Shown here piece after piece: positions 38,324 through 48,076 of a stretch of 64,000 bases of DNA (positions are counted from its first letter, which is position 1; every line of letters starts with the position of its first letter). Position numbers and translations under genes: made by a program. The stretch lies in contig JAVJSW010000004.1 of assembly GCA_040219255.1 (NCBI GenBank), forward strand, positions 113,054-177,053. The letters run 5' to 3'. Source of the DNA: Sumerlaeia bacterium. Its GTDB lineage: Bacteria > Sumerlaeota > Sumerlaeia > SLMS01 > JAHLLQ01. Under the pieces are notes generated by a model. The model was given only the letters and a program-made list of their open reading frames with translations. It made no database searches and was not told where the DNA came from.

Positions 38324-40381
38324 ATGTCGTTCATTGCCCGCAAAACGCTCGGTTTCTTTTCGTGCCTGCTGGCGGCGGCGCTGCTCGCCACCGCCCCGGC
38401 CATCGCCCAGGAAGACAACATCCCCGAATACATCCCGCTCCAGGGCCAGTTGACGAACCAGAACGTCTCGGGCGGCGCCGGCAACGAAGTCGCCGAGGAT
38501 GGCGTCTACACCCTCACCGTTCGCATCTACGAAGCCCCCACCGGTTCGTCGATCCTCTGGGAAGACACGTTCCAGAACCTGCCGGTGGTCAACGGCGTCT
38601 TCAACGTGATCCTGGGCAGCCAGCGCAGCCTCAACGACATCGCCAGCCCCGTCGGCGACGAAGACCTCCTCGACCGTCTCGCCCAACGCGGCGTGCTCTA
38701 CGTCGGCCTCACCATCAGCGAACGCGACGGCCTCGAACTCGTCGGCCCCGTCGAAATGCTCCCCCGGCTGACGCTTCTCCCGGTGGCGCTGTCGATGAAG
38801 AGCAAGAAGGCGATCAATTCCGATCTGCTCGACAATCGCCACTGGGATTACTACTTCACGGGGGATAAGGCCAAGGATGCGAACAAACTGGATGGGTATG
38901 ATTGGAACGACCTGCTGACCGGGCCGGGTGCCGTGGGGGATGGTTCGGTGAAGGTGAAGGGGGCGTTTTTGCCCGAGGACAAGATCACCCCGACGGGCGC
39001 GACCGTCCAACCTGGAACAATGCTGGAGCAAATGGGTGGTTTGATCGATTACGTGATCGATCCCCGGAGTTTGGACTCGAACAACGATGGAACCCCGGAT
39101 TTGGCTCTCGGCGCGGCGACCACTTTGGCGGGCAGCGCGGTGACCACGACCTACACGACGTGGATGGTGTGTGCTCAAAATTCGCAGGGCACACTGAAGT
39201 TCCCCGATCCGGCGACGCCGGGGCTGGCACCCGCCGTGGCGGCGAGTTATGAGGTGATCGATGTGTCGTTGAGGGGGCTGACGATTCCGGCGAAACAATT
39301 GACAACCGGACAAATCGCGAATCCAACCTATGATTGGAGGGAATTGACACCTGCTCCAGGGCAGACGGCGATCCCTGTTGGTCAGTCGGCTATACCTCAG
39401 GGCTCTAACAAGGCTCAAGGTATGGCATATGATCCTGCTTTGGATTCTTACTGGCTTATGATCGATAATTTTACCGCGGTTTATATTATATGGAGAGACG
39501 ATCAGGATGATAGCAGGTATAAGTTTCGCCAAGTAGATTTTCCACCAGGCACGGATTCTATTACAACGGAGGGCGATGGACTCGAAGTTGTGATTGATCC
39601 AATAACCAGTGACCGACTGCTGTTGGTGGGTTCAGGAGTTTCCGGAGACAATTTCCATCTCCCATTTACAACGGAAATTGTTGGGACAACTCCGGAGACT
39701 GCAACTCTCATAAATTGGTATCAAGGCATTGTTGGTGGTGCCAGTAGTGCCAACCGCTATGCTTATGGAGCCATTTACGACCACAAGCGCCATCGCTTTC
39801 ATCAATGGGGTGGTCGAAAATCACAAGATGGTGCTATTCAAGGAACCTACCTGCGATATGATTTGGCAAACAACCTTCTGACTTTTGGGGAGAATATTTC
39901 GAGTTCGACGTCTAGTGTCGCTGAGGCCTACACGGCTTTCGATCCCGTCAACGACATTGGATATATCGTCGGTGGCGAGGTTGGGGTTTCCGTTGAATTG
40001 CGAACATTCGATCCGGTTACGGAGTTGTTCACAAGTTTGGGAAGAAACGATATGGAGGGAGATTCTACAGGCATCGGATTCATTCATCCATTTACCAGGA
40101 AATTTATGGGCTGGGGCGGTAGAACAGACAACAATTTGGGTAATAATTCCCTCTGGCTTTTTGATCCGGATGAACCGAATTGGGATATTACATATCTTCA
40201 AACAAATGCCCCCGAAGCCAGAATGAGTCACGTCGGTTGCATGGATACGAAAAGACAGAGACTAATTATGTTTGGTGGCACGGACATCGGCACTGGAAAT
40301 AATATTCTGGCCGACCTCTGGGAACTCGACTTCGGCGGCAAAGTCGCCACCCAAGGCACCATCATCAAAGTCGGCCCCTGA
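38324..40381 (+). CDS. secreted tail-fibre-like protein with C-terminal Kelch-type beta-propeller
   Basis: An AGGAG SD precedes ATG 38324. The signal peptide is MSFIARKTLGFFSCLLAAALLATAPAIAQ. The N-terminal segment YTLTVRIYEAPTGSSILWEDTFQNLPVVNGVFNVILG and ANKLDGYDW recall tail-fibre modules. The blades end in QWGG, IVGG, GWGG and MFGG...LWELD. Confidence 0.65.
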   Translation: MSFIARKTLGFFSCLLAAALLATAPAIAQEDNIPEYIPLQGQLTNQNVSGGAGNEVAEDGVYTLTVRIYEAPTGSSILWEDTFQNLPVVNGVFNVILGSQRSLNDIASPVGDEDLLDRLAQRGVLYVGLTISERDGLELVGPVEMLPRLTLLPVALSMKSKKAINSDLLDNRHWDYYFTGDKAKDANKLDGYDWNDLLTGPGAVGDGSVKVKGAFLPEDKITPTGATVQPGTMLEQMGGLIDYVIDPRSLDSNNDGTPDLALGAATTLAGSAVTTTYTTWMVCAQNSQGTLKFPDPATPGLAPAVAASYEVIDVSLRGLTIPAKQLTTGQIANPTYDWRELTPAPGQTAIPVGQSAIPQGSNKAQGMAYDPALDSYWLMIDNFTAVYIIWRDDQDDSRYKFRQVDFPPGTDSITTEGDGLEVVIDPITSDRLLLVGSGVSGDNFHLPFTTEIVGTTPETATLINWYQGIVGGASSANRYAYGAIYDHKRHRFHQWGGRKSQDGAIQGTYLRYDLANNLLTFGENISSSTSSVAEAYTAFDPVNDIGYIVGGEVGVSVELRTFDPVTELFTSLGRNDMEGDSTGIGFIHPFTRKFMGWGGRTDNNLGNNSLWLFDPDEPNWDITYLQTNAPEARMSHVGCMDTKRQRLIMFGGTDIGTGNNILADLWELDFGGKVATQGTIIKVGP

Positions 40382-40421
40382 TCCCCCGCGCCATTCCCCC
40401 GCCCCGGAGTTCCCCGCCCCC

Positions 40422-43400
40422 TTGTTCCCCAAGCCCGCTCAACGCCGTCCCGTCCGCCTCTGCGGCCGCCCTCTCGGGGCGGCGGTCCTGGCTATGGCGA
40501 TGGCGGCTGTAGGCATCGCCCCCGCCCAGGACAAATCCGGCGTGAAACCCAACGTCCTCTCGCTCCCCACCGGCGCCGGGTCGGTGGAGGGATTGGGCGA
40601 ATCGTTCGAGCCTCAGCTCAATTCCGGCACCGGGTCTTATAGCGTGAAGATCGCGATTCCTCCAGGGCGGGCGGGGTTCGCTCCGGGGATGACGTTGGCG
40701 TACAATACGGGCGCCGGGAATTCGGAGTACGGCATCGGGTGGTCGCTGGCCATTCCGATGATCCAGCGTCAGACGGACAAGGGTCTGCCGGCCTATTCGG
40801 ACGCGGACGTGTTTCTCTATCAGGGCGAGGAACTGGCTCGGCTGACCGATGGCACCTGGCGCTGCGAGAACGAGGGGAGCTTTGTCCGCCTGCGGCGCGA
40901 GGGGCTCGGCTGGGTGGCGACGGAGCGGGGCGGCACGCGGCATTACTTCGGCGAGACAACGCGGCAGCTTCGCGGCGGCAAGGACCGCTTCGACGAGACC
41001 TTTTGCTGGCACCTGGACCGCAGCGTCGACGTGAACGGCAACACGATTCGCTATGTGTATCGCCAGTTCGAGGACTCGCCCGGCCGCTTCTATCCCAGCC
41101 GCGTGCGCTACAATGAAAACGAGGCGGGGACCAAGTACTTCGAGGTGTCGTTCGAGTACAGCAACCCGGCGCTGTCCTCGCCCCAGACCGGCGCGGTCGC
41201 GTTGGCCGATTGGTGGGAAGCGGCCCGCAAGACCGAACGGGCTGAGAAGGCGCTGCAAACGGGCTATGCGGTGCCGGAGGGCTGGGACGAGAGTTTTCAG
41301 TTGGCCGGCGTGGACACGCGGCCCGACGCGCTGTCGGATTTCCGCGCCGGGTTTCATCAGCGCTGGGGCCGGCGGTGCAGCGCCATCAGCGTCAAGCAAG
41401 AAAACCTGACGATCCGCCGCTACGAATTGCGCTATCAGGACGAGGACGCGGACAAGGACGCGCTGCAGAGCGACCTGTCGCTGCTGCGGACGGTGACGGT
41501 CTTTGGCAAGAACGCGCCGCCGCCCTACGACGACACGAATCGCTATCGCCTGCCGACGTTGACCTTCGATTACACCGAGTTGGCCCGGCCCGGCTCGGCG
41601 CCGGTCTTTCAGGTCCGCGGCGAGCCCCGCTTTCCCCTCGGCGATCCCAACACCGACGTGCTGGATGTGAACGCCGATGGCTTGCCCGACATCGTGCACA
41701 TCGAGCCCGAGGACTCGGTCTATTGGCTGAACCTGGGGCCGGATTTGGATGGGACGGTGCGCTTCTCGCCCGAGCAGCGCCTCCTCGACGTGCCCGGCGG
41801 CCTGCGCCTGTCGGACCCGAACGTTCAGCTCGCGGACTTCGACGGCGACAGCGCGACGGATCTGGTGCACTACAAGGGCCCCGGCGGCCAGAACATCGGC
41901 ATCCTGTGCAGTCCCGCCCGCGTGGCGGAGAACTACACGGACGACGGCTTTTTCCAGAACGGCTTCTCGCGGCTTGGCGCCGAACAGACCTACACCGGCC
42001 CGGCGCCCTTCGCCCTCGGTCAGCCGAACGTGCAGTTTCAGGACCTGAACTTCGACAAGTTCATCGACGTCGTGGTCAGCGATCCCTTCGGCTTCACCTA
42101 TTACCTGAACAACGAAGGCCGGAGCTGGATCGATCTGGGCTCCACCGATTTCGGCGAGGCCGCCATGGCCAACGTGCCCTCGGCCATCCAGTTCGGCACC
42201 CCGGGCGTGCAGTTGGCCGACATGAACGGCGACCGCTTGCAGGATCTCGTGCAGGTGCTGGTGGACGATGGGCGGGCGCGGGTCACGTTTTGGCACTCGC
42301 GCGGCGACCGCCGGTGGGACCTGGGCCGGGTGATGCTGGGCAACACCTTCACGTTCTCGAGCAACGTCGAGGACCTGCGCGTGATGGACGTCAACGGCGA
42401 TGGTTTGTCGGACCTGGTGGCGCTGGGCAGCGGCACGCCGCGGAGCCGGCTGCGTTATTGGATCAACACGGGCAACGGCAGCTATGGGGCGCCGGTGACC
42501 TTTGACGAACGGACGAGCCAGCTGCCCGCCTACACCGCCGAGACAGCCATCCGCTCCGCCGATATGAACGGCAACAACATGACCGATCTGGTCTATGCGA
42601 ATGGGACGCGGATCGAATTCTTCGACTTCTCCGGCGGCGGGCCAAAGCCCAACATGCTGTCCGGCGTGGACAATGGCATCGGCAAGAAAGTCCGCATTGA
42701 TTATCGCTCGAGCATCGATCACATGGTCGCCGACCGCGAGGCGGGCCATCCCTGGCGCGAAGCGATTCCCATGGCGGTGCCCGTGGTGACCAACATCATC
42801 ACCGCCTTCGGCCCGGCCTTCGACCTGAACGAGGACGGCAACGCCTGGACCATCGAGGGCCTGGAGCATGGCTTCGACATGGATGGCGACAGCAACTTCG
42901 ACGAAGTCTACACCGCCTCGATCCGCTATCACGACGCCTACTGGGACCCGTTCGAGAAGGAGCACCGGGGGTTTCGCTACGCCGAGAAAATCGAGTGGGG
43001 CGACGACTTTCAGCTCAAGTGGAACAGCCCCTTTCGCACCATCCCGGACGCGCACCCCATCGCCCGCGTGGGCGAAGCCAAGAGCGTCACCAGCGTCTCG
43101 CGATTCCGGTTTCACCTGGGCGATCCCGATGGCCTGGACAACCACGAATATCCCGAGCCCTATGGCGGCCCGACCCGCACCGACGAACGGACCGAGGACG
43201 GCGGCGGCGAGGAAGAGTCGCTGAAGGGCAAACCGCTGTGGGAGGAAACGGTCGACGGCGGGGCCTTGGCAGATGGGGCCCTAATCCCCGGCGAACCCGC
43301 GCCGCTGACCTACGTCTACCTGCGCAAAGAATACGGCTACGAACTGCGGCGCCTGTATGGGCTCCAGGGCAACTCTCCCGTGCCCGCTCCCGCGTTCCGG

Positions 43401-46400
43401 AACACTTCGTCCACCAACGGCCGCCAAGTCACCTTCCCCATGATGGTGGCGACGCGCACCTGGGAGGTGGAGGCGAACGGTTACCTGCGGGAACGGCTCG
43501 TTGTGCCGAACGGATTGACCTTTCCAGAGAAAGCGCCGGTCGAACTCTTCTCGGAAATCACCTACGACGATTACGGCAACGCCATCCGCGAAGCCAACCA
43601 CGGCATCGTCAACGATGGCGGCGACGCCGACGACGAACGCATCACCCATCGCCAATTCACCCAGAACACCATCGATTGGCTGGTCGATCGCGTTTTCGAG
43701 GAGCGTGTAACGGACGAAAGCGGCCGGTTCGTTTCCATGACCCGGACGTACTATGACGGCCCGCCTTTCGTAGGGCTGGCGCTGGGCCAGGTCGGCGTCC
43801 GCGGACTGCCGACGCGCGTCGAGCAGTTCATCAACGGACACGCCGTTCCCGCCTCCAACGAAACCATCGGCGATGAAATCGGCGACGCTCGCCTGGAAGA
43901 CATCGCTTCGGTTCAGGCCAGCCGCGTGGCCTACGATGCCTTCGGCAACGCCATCGCCTTGATCGATCCCCTCGGCGTGCCTTACGTTTCCCAGCCCTTC
44001 GACGCCGGCGAAGACTACCTCGGCGCCACCGAATACGGCCATGTTCGCTCCGTGGCCTACGACGACCAATACCACGCCTTCCCCATCGAGGAAACGATCC
44101 ACCTCGAATCGCCCAAAGCCCCCCTGGCCATGACCGCCACCTACGACTTCGGCCTTGGCGTGATGACGACTTCCAGCGATTTCAACGGCAACATCACCGA
44201 ATACAGCTACGATGTCTTTGGCCGGCTGACCGCCATCGCGAAGCCCGGTCCGGACCCGCTGAAACCCACCCGGTCGCAGGACTCCTTCGACCGCCCCACC
44301 CAGGTCTTCCAGTACATCGCCACCAACCCCTGGACCGGCACCCAGCTCATCTACGATCGCGACGGCGCCATCGCACCCTTTCCGCCCATCGCCGGGGCCC
44401 CCGGCCCCCTCGCCAACATCGTGCGGACGTTCCTTCGCGAGGATTTTGAGAACGGAGAAGGCTACAATACTCTCGACGCCTTCAAGTACACCGACGGCCT
44501 GGGGCGCACCCTGATGGAAATCAGCGAACCGGAAGCCCCTTCCGAACGCCTCGACATGCAGCCCACAGGCCCGGTCGTGGCGACGGCGACGCGCTATAAC
44601 CTGCGCGGGTCGCAGTACACGAACTACATCCCTTACTTCGGCGCAGAGAGCCTCAACAGCCTCTACTTCCCCCCGCCCGCCGCGGCGGAGCCCGGAGGTA
44701 CGGCCCGCACCGAAATCTATCCCGACGCCCTGGGCCGGCCGGTGCGCACCGAGATGCCGCCCGAGGATGAAGGCGGCGACCGGCTGGAGACCTGGACTTT
44801 CAATCTGCCGCGCGAAACCCATTCCTACGACGAGGAACAAAGCCGCCCCGGCAGCGACCACTTCGGCGCCCACATGGAGCACGAAAAGGACGGCCTCGAC
44901 CGCCTCGTCAAAGTCCGCGAAGTCGTCCGCATTTCCGACATTGGCGACGTACTGCCCACCACGGATTCGCTGCGCGTCTGGCAGACGGAATACGATTACG
45001 ATTTGCAGGACAACCTGATCCACATCACGGACTCGCGCGGAAACCAGAAGTGGATGCGGCACGACGGCCTGGGGCGGAAGGTCTTCATGAACGACCCGGA
45101 CCGAGGCGTGCTGGAGTATGAGTACGACGACGCTTCGAATCTGATCCGCACCGTCGATGCCAAGGCCCAGGAAATCCGCTATGGCTATGATGGCGCGAAC
45201 CGCCTCCTGTGGGAGGATTACCGCGACGCGGGCCAGCCCGTTTCCCACGGCCGCGACTACGATCCCGCTCAGCCCCTCGGCCCCGCCAACCGCCCCGATG
45301 TGCTGTACCACTACGATGCGTGGGACGGACCGGCCATCGACTTTGGCAACGGGCGCCCCGCAGGCATCCCCGCCAACACCGCCGGAATGATGGTCGCGGT
45401 GGAGGACCTGACCGGCGCCGAGACCTTCAGCTACGACCCTCGGGGCCGCGTCGCCTGGCGCGTCAAAGCCGTCGCCGATCCCTACCTCGACCCCGCCGAT
45501 CCCGATTGGCGCTCGCGCCTGACGCCCTTCAGTTTCGTCTTTCGCTACGATTCGATGGATCGCGTCCGCGACATGATCTATCCCGACAACGACGCCGTCC
45601 ATTATCGCTACAATCGGCGCGGAGAAATCGACGCCGTCTATGGCGGCCTCGTCACCGACGAGTCGCCCGGCAACCCCATCGTCAAAGCCTACGACGCCAT
45701 TCCCTCGGGCCAGGAAGACGTCCGCTGGCTGGGCAACGACATCGTCTCGCGGCGCGAGTACGACCCACGGCTGCGCATGAGGCGCCTGCACCACACCGGC
45801 GGCTACCAGCCCGGCCTCTCGGTCGAGGCCACCGACTATCGCTTTGTCGATTACGGTTACTCCTTCGATGGGGCGTCGAACATCCTCGCCATCGCCGACC
45901 AACGCCCCACCGACCCCGCCATCGCCGGAGCCGTGCCCGCCGACAGCGAACGCCGCAATACCCAACACTTCGCCTACGACGACCTCTACCGCCTGATCCA
46001 GGTCCAATACCCCCGCGCCGGGTCGCCCGGCGGCCTCGGCGGCCAGATCGATTACCGCTACGACCGCATCGGCAACATGCTGGCCAAAACCACCCCCGCC
46101 CCCGGCGCCGATGGGCATTTCGAGATTCTGGAGGACGGCCAATCCATCGTCCACCTGGGCACCATGGCCTATGGCGAAGGCCCCGGCCCCCAGACCGGAC
46201 CCTCGGGCCGCGTGGGGCGCTATGCCGGAGAAGCCCCGGGCCCCCACGCCCTGACCAGCACCGCCAGCGGCCGCTCTTATGAGTACGACGCCAACGGCAA
46301 CATGACCCTGATCGAGGATGACACCGCGACCTGGGACTTCAAGGACCGGCTCTACGCCCTCGACGATGGCGATCGCCGCGCCGACTATCGCTACGATTAT

Positions 46401-48041
46401 TCCGACCGCCGCATCAGCAAACTCGTCCGCACCCTCGATGCCCAGGGCTCCGTCGACGCGAACCAGCCCAGCACCACGACCCTCTACGTCGACCGGCTCT
46501 TTGAATACCGCGAGGGCGATCACCCAACGAAGTACGTGTTCTTTGGCGACGAACGCGTCGCCCGCGTCACGGGAACGTTGGCTCCGGGGCGGTCGCGGGT
46601 GCAGAACCTGCGCTTCGAAGCCGGCTGGAACCTCGCCACGCCGGTGGTCGAGCCCAAGGCGGGGCTGACCGCCGCCAACGTTTTTGGCTATGGCACCCCC
46701 GGATCGCCGGTGTCGGCGGTGTTCCGCTACGATGGGTCGAAATTCCGCTACATCGAACTCCAGCCCGGTGATCGGGTCGTGCCCGGCGAAGGCTACTGGG
46801 TTCACTCCGCCGGCGCCCACGCGCGGTCGATCACCGGCGCCTATCGCGATATCCTCGAAGTCGCCGCCGCCAAGGGCAGCGTCCGCACGCCGCCGGGCGG
46901 AGGCTTCATCGGCTGGCCCCGCCTCGAACCGATGAAGCTCACCCGCAACCTGCTCCACGCCCGCGCGGCCTACGGCTTCGACGCCCCGACGCAAAGCTTC
47001 AACGTCCTCAACGCCCCGCCCGAACTCGCCTGGGCCTTTCCCACAACCAAAACCATCGACCCCGGCGCCGCCTTCTACGTCCGCAGCGACGCCGCCGCCG
47101 TGCTCCTCACCGCCACGCTCAGCCAAGCCGCCCAATCCATCGTCTTCCCCCTGCCCGATCACCTCGGCACCCACCAAACCATCACCGACCGCAACGGCGA
47201 CCTCGTCAGCGAATCCGCCTTCCTCCCCTACGGCAGCGAACGCGTGAGCTTTGAGGCGTCCAAGCTAGACGTGGGTTTCGGCTATCAATTCACGCAGAAG
47301 GAGCGGGACGCGGAGAGTGGGTTGATGTATTTTGAGGCGCGGTATTATTTGGGGGTGGCTGGGAGATTTGTTTCAACTGATCCTATACATATCATGGACG
47401 CAAAAAAATGGTCTGTGCAAAATAACCAATACTCTTATGCAAGGTCATCTCCGCTAGGACTGATGGATCCAGGAGGAACTCTTGCTACGCAGAACACAAG
47501 AATCGTAGCGCCAACAGAATTTAAGACAAATGAAGAAACAGGACAAATTGAAGCGTATGCCATGCTGAATTTTGAAAAAGATGGCAAGAACTATCAAATT
47601 CCAGTGCGCCTAGTATTCAAGCCGAAGAGAGAGAGTGTAAAGCCCGTGGGAGAGCCATACCTCGGGGATTTGACTGACAAGGGCAGGACGAGAACTACCA
47701 CGGTAGGAATACAGGGCGTGGGAGCTAGGTCCTTTCACAATAGATCGGGACACAAGCGAGAGGTACGCCAGAAATTTGAGGCTAGTGGAGAAATAAGAGT
47801 TGAAGCGTATGATGTCAACAAGAAGAAGCCTGTCGAAATAGGAAATATAGGGAATACAGAGAAACCAGTGTCCGTGAGGTATAGCACAAGGACAGGTGAA
47901 AAGAAGATGGGCGTGGAGTTTGGTTCCACTCCAGCCTTTCCTTATACTACGGGTAAAGACCCCGAATCTGCTGACAGAGTCATCACTTTTCCGCCCGAGT
48001 GGAATCAATCTCGTGGGGCTAGAATTGAAAAAGTAGACTAA
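40422..48041 (+). CDS. TcB-TcC-type fusion: SpvB N-domain, FG-GAP/VCBS propeller, TcdB middle region, YD/RHS repeats, RHS core and 187-aa variable C-terminal domain
   Basis: The SpvB domain is LSLPTGAGSVEGLGESFEPQLNSGTGSYSVKIAIPPGRAGFAPGMTLAYNTGAGNSEYGIGWSL. There are six DxNxDGxxD loops. The TcdB-mid segment is NGIGKKVRIDYRSS...GHPWREAIPMAVPVV, followed by many YD repeats. The core is PDHLGTHQTITD...YFEARYYLGVAGRFVSTDP...PLGLMDPGG. A TTG start at 40422 gives a signal-like N-terminus; the alternative is ATG 40494. Confidence 0.9.
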   Translation: MFPKPAQRRPVRLCGRPLGAAVLAMAMAAVGIAPAQDKSGVKPNVLSLPTGAGSVEGLGESFEPQLNSGTGSYSVKIAIPPGRAGFAPGMTLAYNTGAGNSEYGIGWSLAIPMIQRQTDKGLPAYSDADVFLYQGEELARLTDGTWRCENEGSFVRLRREGLGWVATERGGTRHYFGETTRQLRGGKDRFDETFCWHLDRSVDVNGNTIRYVYRQFEDSPGRFYPSRVRYNENEAGTKYFEVSFEYSNPALSSPQTGAVALADWWEAARKTERAEKALQTGYAVPEGWDESFQLAGVDTRPDALSDFRAGFHQRWGRRCSAISVKQENLTIRRYELRYQDEDADKDALQSDLSLLRTVTVFGKNAPPPYDDTNRYRLPTLTFDYTELARPGSAPVFQVRGEPRFPLGDPNTDVLDVNADGLPDIVHIEPEDSVYWLNLGPDLDGTVRFSPEQRLLDVPGGLRLSDPNVQLADFDGDSATDLVHYKGPGGQNIGILCSPARVAENYTDDGFFQNGFSRLGAEQTYTGPAPFALGQPNVQFQDLNFDKFIDVVVSDPFGFTYYLNNEGRSWIDLGSTDFGEAAMANVPSAIQFGTPGVQLADMNGDRLQDLVQVLVDDGRARVTFWHSRGDRRWDLGRVMLGNTFTFSSNVEDLRVMDVNGDGLSDLVALGSGTPRSRLRYWINTGNGSYGAPVTFDERTSQLPAYTAETAIRSADMNGNNMTDLVYANGTRIEFFDFSGGGPKPNMLSGVDNGIGKKVRIDYRSSIDHMVADREAGHPWREAIPMAVPVVTNIITAFGPAFDLNEDGNAWTIEGLEHGFDMDGDSNFDEVYTASIRYHDAYWDPFEKEHRGFRYAEKIEWGDDFQLKWNSPFRTIPDAHPIARVGEAKSVTSVSRFRFHLGDPDGLDNHEYPEPYGGPTRTDERTEDGGGEEESLKGKPLWEETVDGGALADGALIPGEPAPLTYVYLRKEYGYELRRLYGLQGNSPVPAPAFRNTSSTNGRQVTFPMMVATRTWEVEANGYLRERLVVPNGLTFPEKAPVELFSEITYDDYGNAIREANHGIVNDGGDADDERITHRQFTQNTIDWLVDRVFEERVTDESGRFVSMTRTYYDGPPFVGLALGQVGVRGLPTRVEQFINGHAVPASNETIGDEIGDARLEDIASVQASRVAYDAFGNAIALIDPLGVPYVSQPFDAGEDYLGATEYGHVRSVAYDDQYHAFPIEETIHLESPKAPLAMTATYDFGLGVMTTSSDFNGNITEYSYDVFGRLTAIAKPGPDPLKPTRSQDSFDRPTQVFQYIATNPWTGTQLIYDRDGAIAPFPPIAGAPGPLANIVRTFLREDFENGEGYNTLDAFKYTDGLGRTLMEISEPEAPSERLDMQPTGPVVATATRYNLRGSQYTNYIPYFGAESLNSLYFPPPAAAEPGGTARTEIYPDALGRPVRTEMPPEDEGGDRLETWTFNLPRETHSYDEEQSRPGSDHFGAHMEHEKDGLDRLVKVREVVRISDIGDVLPTTDSLRVWQTEYDYDLQDNLIHITDSRGNQKWMRHDGLGRKVFMNDPDRGVLEYEYDDASNLIRTVDAKAQEIRYGYDGANRLLWEDYRDAGQPVSHGRDYDPAQPLGPANRPDVLYHYDAWDGPAIDFGNGRPAGIPANTAGMMVAVEDLTGAETFSYDPRGRVAWRVKAVADPYLDPADPDWRSRLTPFSFVFRYDSMDRVRDMIYPDNDAVHYRYNRRGEIDAVYGGLVTDESPGNPIVKAYDAIPSGQEDVRWLGNDIVSRREYDPRLRMRRLHHTGGYQPGLSVEATDYRFVDYGYSFDGASNILAIADQRPTDPAIAGAVPADSERRNTQHFAYDDLYRLIQVQYPRAGSPGGLGGQIDYRYDRIGNMLAKTTPAPGADGHFEILEDGQSIVHLGTMAYGEGPGPQTGPSGRVGRYAGEAPGPHALTSTASGRSYEYDANGNMTLIEDDTATWDFKDRLYALDDGDRRADYRYDYSDRRISKLVRTLDAQGSVDANQPSTTTLYVDRLFEYREGDHPTKYVFFGDERVARVTGTLAPGRSRVQNLRFEAGWNLATPVVEPKAGLTAANVFGYGTPGSPVSAVFRYDGSKFRYIELQPGDRVVPGEGYWVHSAGAHARSITGAYRDILEVAAAKGSVRTPPGGGFIGWPRLEPMKLTRNLLHARAAYGFDAPTQSFNVLNAPPELAWAFPTTKTIDPGAAFYVRSDAAAVLLTATLSQAAQSIVFPLPDHLGTHQTITDRNGDLVSESAFLPYGSERVSFEASKLDVGFGYQFTQKERDAESGLMYFEARYYLGVAGRFVSTDPIHIMDAKKWSVQNNQYSYARSSPLGLMDPGGTLATQNTRIVAPTEFKTNEETGQIEAYAMLNFEKDGKNYQIPVRLVFKPKRESVKPVGEPYLGDLTDKGRTRTTTVGIQGVGARSFHNRSGHKREVRQKFEASGEIRVEAYDVNKKKPVEIGNIGNTEKPVSVRYSTRTGEKKMGVEFGSTPAFPYTTGKDPESADRVITFPPEWNQSRGARIEKVD

Positions 48042-48076
48042 CTATGATTTATCCTGAAAGGAAGGACGATAGCTTG

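Noticed and set aside
40272-40421. Upstream extension of the RHS ORF overlapping the end of protein C.
   Set aside because: It lies in an alternative frame of gene C and its translation is Pro/Ser-rich. TTG 40422 gives a signal-like N-terminus, and ATG 40494 remains a possible alternative.
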